From contig JANLFO010000011.1 of the NCBI GenBank assembly GCA_024653205.1, positions 4,940 to 68,939 of the forward strand: a DNA stretch of 64,000 nucleotides. Direction: 5' to 3'. The notes beneath the pieces are model-generated. The model was not told where the DNA came from. It saw nothing but the letters and a program-made list of their open reading frames with translations, and made no database searches. This stretch comes from Clostridia bacterium. Lineage in GTDB: Bacteria > Bacillota > DSM-521 > Neomoorellales > SLTJ01. Position 1 is the first letter of the stretch, and each line of letters begins with the position of its first letter. Positions 17,415 to 25,500 of the stretch are shown in pieces. A program made the translations under genes and the position numbers.

Positions 17415-17992
17415 TCCGGGCGGTCGCCATCGCCGCCTCTACCGGCGGCCCGACCGCCCTGCAGAAGATAGTTCCCCGGCTGCCGGCTGGATTTCCGGCA
17501 GCCGTTTTCGTAGTCCAGCACATGCCCCCGGGGTTCACGCACGGGCTGGCGGTCCGCCTGGGTGAACTGGGGGAACTGCCGGTGCGGGAAGCGGTGGACG
17601 GCGAGCCGGTACTGCCCGGGCAGGTGCTGGTTGCCCCCGCCGGGCGCCAGACCTGGGTGGTACGAAGCGAGGGAGACGTAAAGGTGCGGGTTGGAGAGGC
17701 CGGCCCCGTGCCCGGCGCCTTTCGTCCCTCGGCCGACGTACTCTTCTACAGCCTGGCGGAAGCCTACGGGCAGGAAGTACTGGCCGTGGTGCTTACCGGA
17801 ATGGGCAAGGACGGCCTCAAGGGCCTGGCCCGGGTTAAGGAGAAAGGCGGCCTGATACTGGCCCAGGATGAGGCCTCGTCGGTGGTTTTCGGTATGCCCC
17901 GGGTAGCAATTGAGGCCGGTCTGGCCGACCTGGTGATGGGGTTGGAAGAAATGGCCGCCGCAATTGTCTCCCTGGTGCTAAAGAAGACTTAG
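17411..17992 (+). CDS. cheB: chemotaxis methylesterase CheB, catalytic domain only (no receiver domain)
   Basis: 193 aa. Catalytic-triad contexts ASTGGP (Ser), VQHMP (His) and TGMGKDG (Asp). The start overlaps the cheA stop (ATGA). No REC domain is encoded upstream in frame. Confidence 0.85.
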   Translation: MIRAVAIAASTGGPTALQKIVPRLPAGFPAAVFVVQHMPPGFTHGLAVRLGELGELPVREAVDGEPVLPGQVLVAPAGRQTWVVRSEGDVKVRVGEAGPVPGAFRPSADVLFYSLAEAYGQEVLAVVLTGMGKDGLKGLARVKEKGGLILAQDEASSVVFGMPRVAIEAGLADLVMGLEEMAAAIVSLVLKKT

Positions 17993-18006
17993 GGGGCGGC
18001 CGATAA
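17979..18006 (+). promoter_or_regulatory. sigma-28 (FliA/SigD) promoter TAAA-N16-GCCGATAA upstream of flgM
   Basis: TAAA at 17979-17982 and GCCGATAA at 17999-18006. Exact match to the -10 consensus. It overlaps the last codons of cheB, about 120 nt upstream of flgM. Confidence 0.8.
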
Positions 18007-18124
18007 CCTTACTAGAAGGCTCGGCCGGCGGCACATTTAGTACGGGGAAAAAGGCCGGAGCCGTGAAGCGGCGGGGTGCGGCGCCCGCCGCCGGCCGGGG
18101 CCGGGGGAGAACGCACCGGGGCAG

Positions 18125-18424
18125 GTGACGACGGTGAAGATCGAAGGGCGGGGCCCGGTGAAGCCCAAGCAGGTTTATCCGGTGGAGGAGACGGGGCCTC
18201 AGTCTGCGCGGGGTATAGGGTCCCGGGCCCAGGCAGACGAAGTCCGGGTTTCGGCCGAGGCGCGGCTGCGTCAGGAGATGCTGTCCCGCCTGAAGGGGCT
18301 GCCGGACGTCCGCAGCGAAGTGGTGCGAGAACTGGGCCGGAAGGTGGCAGAAGGAGAGTACGCCGTGGAGCCGGAGAAGCTGGCCGGGACCATGCTGGAG
18401 GAAATCGCCCGGCAGCGGCGCTAG
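18125..18424 (+). CDS. flgM: anti-sigma-28 factor FlgM
   Basis: 99 aa. The C-terminal half DEVRVSAEA...SEVVRELGRKVAEGEYAVEPEKLAGTMLEE fits the FlgM sigma-28-binding helices. Start is GTG 18125 or GTG 18134. Confidence 0.85.
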   Translation: MTTVKIEGRGPVKPKQVYPVEETGPQSARGIGSRAQADEVRVSAEARLRQEMLSRLKGLPDVRSEVVRELGRKVAEGEYAVEPEKLAGTMLEEIARQRR

Positions 18425-18471
18425 AGCCGGGGCTCCCGGCGGTACGCCTTGGGGACGGGAGGTTGGAAACC

Positions 18472-18957
18472 TTGCCGGATTTGTTGGGGGGGCTGATGGG
18501 GCTCCTGGAGGAACAGGAAGCCCTGATCCGGCGCCTTATCGAGCTGGGGCGAGAAGAGACCAGAGCCCTGAAAGCAGAAGATCTGGCCGGTCTGAGTGCG
18601 CTGATTGCGGAGCAGGAGCAGTGCGGGCGCAAGCTGCGCGAACTGGAGGTGCGCCGGCTGTCCCTCCAGCTGGAGCTGGCCCGACAGCTGGGCCTGGTAG
18701 AGGGTGAATCCTCCCTCCAGGGGCTGGCGGAGCGGGTCGGTCCGGGGGGAGAAGAGTTGGTGAACGCGGTGAAGCGGCTGCGCCGGAGCTTTGAGGAGCT
18801 CAAGGAGCTCAACCGGATAAACCGGGCCCTGGTGCAGCAGGCGCTGACCTACATCAACCGGGTGCTGGCGCTGCTGGGCGCGGGTACCGGAGGCTACGAC
18901 CACGAGGGGCAGGTAAAGGTGGCCCCCGAGCAGACCCGGGTAAACACCGTAGTCTAG
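18472..18957 (+). CDS. flgN: flagellar export chaperone FlgN-family protein
   Basis: Helical, about 161 aa (LLEEQEALIRRLIELGREETRALKAEDLAGL...), in the position between flgM and flgK. The long track ORF from 18076 overlaps flgM out of frame, so its N-terminal part is rejected. Start is TTG 18463 or 18472, after GGGACGGGAGG. Confidence 0.7.
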   Translation: MPDLLGGLMGLLEEQEALIRRLIELGREETRALKAEDLAGLSALIAEQEQCGRKLRELEVRRLSLQLELARQLGLVEGESSLQGLAERVGPGGEELVNAVKRLRRSFEELKELNRINRALVQQALTYINRVLALLGAGTGGYDHEGQVKVAPEQTRVNTVV

Positions 18958-18976
18958 GGGTAGAGGTGAAAAAGGA

Positions 18977-20758
18977 GTGCCTTCTCTGTTCTTTACCCTG
19001 AACATTGCCCGCCGGGGATTGACCGCCCAGCAGGCGGCGATGAACACTTCCGGCCACAACATCGCCAACGCCAACACCGAGGGCTACAGCCGCCAGCGGG
19101 CGGTGATGCAGACCACCACTCCCTGGCCGGTGCCCTCGGTGAATATGCCCGTAGGTGCCGGGCAGATCGGCACCGGCGTTGAAGTGGCACTTATCGAGCG
19201 CATCCGCGATACCTTCCTGGACCGGCAGATCCGGAACGAGCTGCAGGCCCTGGGGCATTGGGAGCAGCGCAGCGACGCCCTGCAGCAGGTGGAAGTGGTG
19301 TTCATGGAGCCGAGCGAGACCGGCCTGTCCACCCTTCTCTCCCAGTTCTGGGATAGCTGGCAGGAACTGAGCAAGTACCCCGAGAGCATGCCGGTGCGCA
19401 CCACGGTCATCGAGACCGCCCAGGCCCTGGCCGAGGCCCTGCGCCACACCCACCAGCAGCTTACTACCCTCAGGAGCGACCTCAACGAGCTAATCGATCT
19501 CAAGGTGGAAGAGATAAACACCCTGGCCCGGCAGATCGCCGACCTCAACCAGCAGATCTTCACCATCACGGCGGCCGGCATGTCCCCCAACGACCTCCTG
19601 GACCGGCGCGATTTGCTGTTGGACCAGTTGGGCAAGATCGTCGCCATCACCGTGGAACCGGTGACCATTGATCACGGAGGCCAAACCGTTGACACCGGGG
19701 CGGTAAGGGTTAGACTCCAATCCGGATATATAGACGCGGATGCCGACAGCGTTTACGACCCCGGCGAAGAAGTGACGATTGTGGACTGGGGTGCAAAGGC
19801 GTTCGTCCACGAGTTGCAAGTGGGCGAGGATGGCGGGATCGAGTGGCAGAAAAAGGATGTTGCGGGAAATGACGTAGGATTGCCCCAGGACGTGGCGGGG
19901 GCACTCGGCGGGGAACTGGAGGGGCTGTTGTACGCCCGCGACATCTTAGTGCAGGGGTACTTGTCTGACCTCAACCAGTTCGCATCGGGTTTAGCCGGGG
20001 TGGTAAACACGCAGCATCGGCGAGGCCTGGGTCTAGACCAATTGGGTGATCGTGACTTTTTTGTGGCCGGCACCGGAGGTAGCGTAGACGCGAGCAATAT
20101 CGAAGTTAACCCGGATCTGGCCGCTAACCCCGCGAAACTGGCCGCTGGGCTTTGGCGCGCCGAGATAGACTCCCTGGCCGGCGACGCTCAGGTGGGTCCG
20201 GGCGTTGAACACAGCCTCCTGTACCGGGTGGAAGTATCGGGAGGGCAGCTGCGGTTACAAGAGAGTTCCGACGGCGGTACTACTTGGCAGTACGTAGGCG
20301 GAAGCACTACCTGGGAGGCAGACCAACAGGTCACGGTAGGGGATCAGGAAACCGGCGAGACCTTGAGCTTTCTCTGCGGGTCCGGTGCTCCAGCCGATGG
20401 CACCTACGCGGTGACCTTCAGAAACGAGGTGGCCTCCGGTGACGGCACTAACGCCCTGGCCATCGCCCAGCTTCGGCGAGAGAAGATAGCGGAACTGGAC
20501 GGCTTCACCTTTGACGATTACTACAAGAACCTCATCGCCCGGCTGGGGGTGGCCTCCAACGAGGCCCAGCGCATGGCGGAGAACCAGAACGTGCTGGTGG
20601 AGCAGCTGAACCAGCGCAAGGAGTCCATTTCCGGGGTATCGCTGGATGAGGAAATGGTCAACCTCATCCAGTACCAGTACGCCTATCAGGCGGCGGCTCG
20701 GGTCATCACCGTGGTAGACGAGATGCTGGACACGATCATCAACCGGATGGCACAGTAA
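18977..20758 (+). CDS. flgK: flagellar hook-associated protein 1 FlgK
   Basis: 593 aa. N-terminus LNIARRGLTAQQAAMNTSGHNIANANTEGYSRQR and C-terminus GVSLDEEMVNLIQYQYAYQAAARVITVVDEMLDTIIN. Confidence 0.95.
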   Translation: MPSLFFTLNIARRGLTAQQAAMNTSGHNIANANTEGYSRQRAVMQTTTPWPVPSVNMPVGAGQIGTGVEVALIERIRDTFLDRQIRNELQALGHWEQRSDALQQVEVVFMEPSETGLSTLLSQFWDSWQELSKYPESMPVRTTVIETAQALAEALRHTHQQLTTLRSDLNELIDLKVEEINTLARQIADLNQQIFTITAAGMSPNDLLDRRDLLLDQLGKIVAITVEPVTIDHGGQTVDTGAVRVRLQSGYIDADADSVYDPGEEVTIVDWGAKAFVHELQVGEDGGIEWQKKDVAGNDVGLPQDVAGALGGELEGLLYARDILVQGYLSDLNQFASGLAGVVNTQHRRGLGLDQLGDRDFFVAGTGGSVDASNIEVNPDLAANPAKLAAGLWRAEIDSLAGDAQVGPGVEHSLLYRVEVSGGQLRLQESSDGGTTWQYVGGSTTWEADQQVTVGDQETGETLSFLCGSGAPADGTYAVTFRNEVASGDGTNALAIAQLRREKIAELDGFTFDDYYKNLIARLGVASNEAQRMAENQNVLVEQLNQRKESISGVSLDEEMVNLIQYQYAYQAAARVITVVDEMLDTIINRMAQ

Positions 20759-20774
20759 GAGGAGGCGTGAGACG

Positions 20775-21674
20775 ATGCGGGTTACCAACCGGATGCTGGC
20801 CACCACCGTGCTGGATAACGTGCAGGCGAACCTGGGGCGCCTGCAGAAGCTTCAGGACCAGATGTCCTCGGGTAAGCTGGTGCGCCGGCCCTCGGACAAT
20901 CCCATGGCCCTCTCCCGCATCATGGCCCTGCGCACGGGTTTGGCCGAGCAGGCGCAGCACACCCGTAACATGGAGGACGCCATCGGGTTTTTGGACGCCT
21001 CGGAAAGCGCCCTGGCCAAGTTCAACGATACCCTGCAGCGGGTTAGGGAGCTAACCATTTACGGCGCCAGCGGCACCCTTTCCGACTCGGACCGCCAGGC
21101 CCTGGCCAAGGAGGTAGACCAGCTGATCGACGAGTTGGTGCAGACCGGGAATACCGCCTACGCCGGCCAGTTCCTTTTCGGCGGGCAGGAGACTACGGTT
21201 GCGCCGTTGGAACGAGTCAACGGGGCGGTAGAGTATAGGGGCAACGGCTCGGCGCTGGTGTGGGAAGTCTCGCCGGACGTCACCATGGAGATCGGCGTGA
21301 CCGGAAGCACGATCTTCAAGGTTAGCGGCGTGCAAAGCCAGCTATTCGATACCCTTTTCAGGATCAAGACGACCCTAGAAAGTGGCACCAATTTGCAGGA
21401 CCTGAGCGGTACCCTTCTGGGCGAGGTCGATCGACACATAGACCACATCCTCCAGATGCGGGCCATCTACGGTGCCAAGAGCAACCGCCTGAACCTGGCG
21501 GTGGAGCGCAACGGCGAAAGCGAGATCAAGATGACCGAACTGCTGTCCCGCCTGGAGGACGCCGACCTGGCCGAGCTGGCCATGAACTACAGCATAGCCC
21601 AGTACGTGTACCAGGCCTCTCTGGCCACCGGTGCCAAGGTGATCCAGCCCAGCCTGGTAGACTATCTTACCTAG
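20775..21674 (+). CDS. flgL: flagellar hook-associated protein 3 FlgL
   Basis: 299 aa. MRVTNRMLATTVLDNVQANLGRLQKLQDQMSSGKLVRRPSDNP and C-terminal DADLAELAMNYSIAQYVYQASLA. Flagellin-superfamily termini, but HAP3 by size, position and the lack of flagellin N-terminal motifs. Confidence 0.9.
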   Translation: MRVTNRMLATTVLDNVQANLGRLQKLQDQMSSGKLVRRPSDNPMALSRIMALRTGLAEQAQHTRNMEDAIGFLDASESALAKFNDTLQRVRELTIYGASGTLSDSDRQALAKEVDQLIDELVQTGNTAYAGQFLFGGQETTVAPLERVNGAVEYRGNGSALVWEVSPDVTMEIGVTGSTIFKVSGVQSQLFDTLFRIKTTLESGTNLQDLSGTLLGEVDRHIDHILQMRAIYGAKSNRLNLAVERNGESEIKMTELLSRLEDADLAELAMNYSIAQYVYQASLATGAKVIQPSLVDYLT

Positions 21675-21691
21675 AGAAGGGGCGGCGCGAA

Positions 21692-22159
21692 GTGCGGGTG
21701 GTTACCGAGCGTTTCGGAGAACTGGAGGTCGCCGAGAGCGACCTGCTTCGCTTCTCCCAGGGAGTGCCGGGCTTCGAGCATCTCAAAGAATTCTTCCTGC
21801 TGCCCGTCCCCGGCAATCCTCTTTTTGTCTGGCTGCAGGCCGTGCAAGATCCGGCGGTGGCCTTCCTCCTGGTGGATCCCTTTCCCTTCTTCCCCGACTA
21901 CGCGGTGGAATTAGGCGAGTCGGAAACCCGGTTCCTTGAGGCTTCCGGGCCGGAAGAACTGGCGGTCTACGCGGTGACCACCATCCCGCCGGAAGGAGTG
22001 CGGGAGATGACCGCCAACCTCCTGGCGCCGGTGGTCCTGAACCTCCGCGCCCGCCTGGGCCTGCAGACCATCCTGGACGGCAGCGGCTATTCCACCCGGC
22101 ACCGCCTCTTCCGCCAGGTCGACAGGGCGGCAGAGGCGGGCCGCGCGTGCGGCCGCTGA
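21692..22159 (+). CDS. fliW: flagellar assembly factor FliW
   Basis: 155 aa. FSQGVPGFEHLKEFFLLPVPGNPLFVWLQAVQDPAVAFLLVDPF is the FliW signature. Confidence 0.9.
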   Translation: MRVVTERFGELEVAESDLLRFSQGVPGFEHLKEFFLLPVPGNPLFVWLQAVQDPAVAFLLVDPFPFFPDYAVELGESETRFLEASGPEELAVYAVTTIPPEGVREMTANLLAPVVLNLRARLGLQTILDGSGYSTRHRLFRQVDRAAEAGRACGR

Positions 22160-22179
22160 CCGGGCGCGCAGATACGGCC

Positions 22180-22419
22180 ATGCTGGTACTGACGCGCAGG
22201 CGGGGCCAGAGCATCCTCATAGGCGAGCACATCCGCGTCACCATCGTGGGCCTGGGTGAGGACCAGGTTCGGGTGGGCATCGAGGCGCCGAAAGGGATAA
22301 GCATCTACCGGGAGGAAATCTACGAGGCCATCAGGCGCGCCAACCTGGAGGCGGCGCACACTTCGGCCCTGCCGGAGGGGCAGGAACTCCCCCGGCCTTC
22401 CTCGCCGGAGGAAGAATAG
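22180..22419 (+). CDS. csrA: carbon storage regulator / translational repressor CsrA
   Basis: ATG 22180 gives MLVLTRRRGQSILIGEHIRVTIVGLGEDQVRVGIEAPKGISIYREEIY, a near-canonical CsrA. The track start 22147 overlaps fliW and is rejected. Confidence 0.95.
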   Translation: MLVLTRRRGQSILIGEHIRVTIVGLGEDQVRVGIEAPKGISIYREEIYEAIRRANLEAAHTSALPEGQELPRPSSPEEE

Positions 22420-22505
22420 TGCGGACGGCAGGAGAGTTGGGAAGCCCTCACGTGTAGTGCGGGATCAGACGGGTTAGTTGGGGCAGCGAAGGGGTGCCGG
22501 AGGAA

Positions 22506-25500
22506 ATGCGAATACGCGGGGGGGCCCGGTCAAAAGCTCTGCTGTTGCTCTTCTTTATGCTGGCCAACCTGCTTCTTATCCCCGCCTCGCCGGTGCGGGC
22601 ACAAGACCATACGCCAGAAGTGACCGACATCGAGCCTGAGCAAGGCGGTATGGGTGGCGGCTACATAATGACCATCACCGGCTCCAACTTTGCCACCGAA
22701 GCTCAAGGGCAGGTGGAAGTCACCATTGGTGGCGTGGTCGCCCGGGTAGTGGAGCGTTCCGAGAACGAACTTAAGGTGGAAGTCCCGCCCCGCGATCCCT
22801 TGCCCACGGCGCCGGTGCCGGTGTTGGTAACCAATATAATCTACGGCCAACGCTACCCCGCCGCCCAACAGCCGGAGTTTGCCTATCTGGCCGGGCCGGT
22901 CATCGATTATGTGGCGCCCAACTACGGAAGCCTTGCCGGCGGTGCGTCCACCGGTACTGTTACCGTAATTGCCGGTAAGAACTTTCCGCTTCAAGAGTCT
23001 CAAGATTTGCTGGTCCTCTTCGGTGATGGGAGCGAGGCGAAGGAGGCCCAAATCGTAGACGTGGACTCGGATAACGGTCACTGGATCAAGGTTTACCATC
23101 CGGCAACGGAGTACGACACCGGCAATCCCGTGCCCGTAACCGTGCGGGTCTACCAGGGGAATGACTACGTGGAGGCGCGACTGCCCGACGCGTTCCGATA
23201 CAGTACCGCTCAGAGCGCTCCCAAAGTAACCGCGGTTTCGCCCAACGTGATAGCCAGCACTGGGGGCGATCTGACCGTCTACGGCCAGGACTTCCGTAGC
23301 TCTCTGGGGGCGGACGATGTACCCGTTTTTGCCGCTGTGTACCTCGAAAAGGATGGTGCCAGTTACACCTGCGAGGTAAGGCGCCTCACCTGTACCGCCA
23401 TGTTGGTCCGCGCGCCCTCCGGGCTTTCGTCGGGCCTTTACCGGGTGAGGGTGCGCAACCCCGATGGCCGGGAGACCACCATGGCCGCGGCTCTGACCGT
23501 GGTTCCTTCCGAGCAGGCCCTGCGCATCCTCAGCATCACCCCCAACGTGGGCAGCGTGGAGGGCGGGCTTAGGGTCACCCTGAAGGTGGTTAACCTGCCG
23601 TCAACCGAGAGCGATTTCCCCCGTGTGGTAGCGGTGAAGTTCGGCGACACCCCGGGGATTGAGCCAATAGAGGAGGACGCCAACACCATCGCCGTGACCA
23701 CTCCCACCCAGATGCCCGAGGGGGTCTACAACGTTACCCTGGAGGTAACCTACAAGCAATCCGGCCAAATCAAGCAGCAGGTGGCCGTGTTGCCTCAGGG
23801 TTTTCGATTCGCCATTCCTGCCAGTCGGCCTCGGATCGAAAAGGTTGACCCGTACTTCGGGTCGCCCGGCGGCGGAACGCTGGTGACCATATACGGCTCC
23901 GATTTCCGCTCCCCCGCCGAAGGGGAGGAGATCGTCGTCAGGTTCGGCGGAAAAGAAGCCGACAAGTCCCAGGTCCAGGTGGTCAGCCCGACGGAGATCA
24001 AGGTGGTGACACCTAAGGCCGGCACGGCTGGCGCGGTGGACGTGGAAGTGATCAACCCGGACGGCGCCCGTGCGGTGCTTCCCGGGGGTTTCGTCTACGT
24101 TTCTAGCCCGCCGTGGCTGCAGAGCGTGTTGCCCGAATCGGGAACCGTGGGAGAGACGGTGTACCTTTATGCCACCAACCTGGCCTACCGTCCGGAGGAC
24201 ATCGGCCTCGTCCGGCCGAAAATCGCGAACGGCTTGCCCGAGAATGAGTCTAACCTTACTTTTTACCCTATGGAAGGAGTCAATCTTACCGACCTGGGCG
24301 CCGGAGCCTGGCGGGTAGAGGCCCAGGTGCCAAAGCTTGTCAGGCCGGGCCCCGCGGTGGTGCGCATAGAAACCCCTTATGGAGTTTCCAACCCCTTGGA
24401 GTTTACCGTCCTTTCGGGCTTTCCCCCGCCAAAAGTCCAGGAGGTTTCGCCCTCTCGAGTGTCCACGAGGGGTGGGGCGAAAGTAACGGTCAGGGGGGAA
24501 AACTTCCGTAAGGGGGCGGTCGTCAAGTTAGAGAGCGGTGATCTGAGCAATGTCCTCAGTAACGTCGAGGTAACGAGCCCTACGGTGATAAACTTCACGA
24601 CGCCCAATCTCATTCCTGGCAAGTACCTTGTCCGGGTGATCAATCCCGACGGAAAAGAGGGCATCTGGAAAGACAGGTACTTTACCGTCTACAGCGAGCC
24701 CAGCATCACCCGGGTCAGCCCGGCAACGGGCAGCGTGTACGGGGGCAATATCATCACCGTGACCGGCGAGGACTTCTACCCCGGCGCCCAGGTGGTGCTG
24801 CGGATAAAGGTCAGCGATACCGTAACGAAAGAAGTGTACGCGGAAGGTAACGACGTTGAGGTGAAGGGCCGCAACGAGCTTCTCTTCCGCCTCCCTCCGG
24901 CGGGGATAGAGTTAGACTTGGACAAACGGGTCTTGGCGGACGTGGTAGTGGAGAACCTCGACGGCGGCAGGGGCGAATTGCCTAACGGCTTCACCTACTG
25001 CTGTCCGCGGACAAGCCCCGAAATCAAGTCCGTTGTGCCGCCCCGTGGCCCTACGGAGGGGGGGATACCGATACTGGTTCTCGGTTCCGACTTTCGTAAG
25101 GGTGCGCGGGTGTTTATCGGCTGGAAGGAAGTCGATACTCAAGAGGTGCAGGTAGAGGATTCTACTCTCATCAAGGTGGGAGAAATACCGGGGCAGCCGA
25201 AGGACCTGTACCCCGTAACGGTCGTGAACCCTGATGGTGGGGCCGCCGTGTTTGAATCTGGCTTCCAGTATTTGGAGCCCGAGACGGAGCCGGTTATTGA
25301 CACCATTTACCCCGACAAGGGGCCAAACGACCGGTCCATCCCGGTGATCATCCGGGGCAAGAACTTTCTGCCGTATTCGGATGTTTTCTTCGGTCCGTAC
25401 CCCGCCGCCGAAGTAGAGTGGCGGGACAGCACCGTGCTCAAGGTCTACACCCCCGTAGTTCCCGAATATCTCGGCACGGTGGACGTGTACGTGCTAGATC

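Noticed and set aside
18076-18957. 293-aa ORF that would span flgM and flgN
   Set aside because: Its first 130 codons overlap flgM in another frame and read as Gly/Arg/Ala low complexity. Only the part from about 18472 looks like FlgN and has an SD.
20775-21674. Possible flagellin (flagellin-superfamily N- and C-termini)
   Set aside because: Its position directly after flgK, its 299-aa size and its N-terminus (MRVTNRML...SSGKLVRRPSDNP) fit FlgL (HAP3). It lacks the flagellin-type N-terminal region, so it does not fill the missing-flagellin gap.
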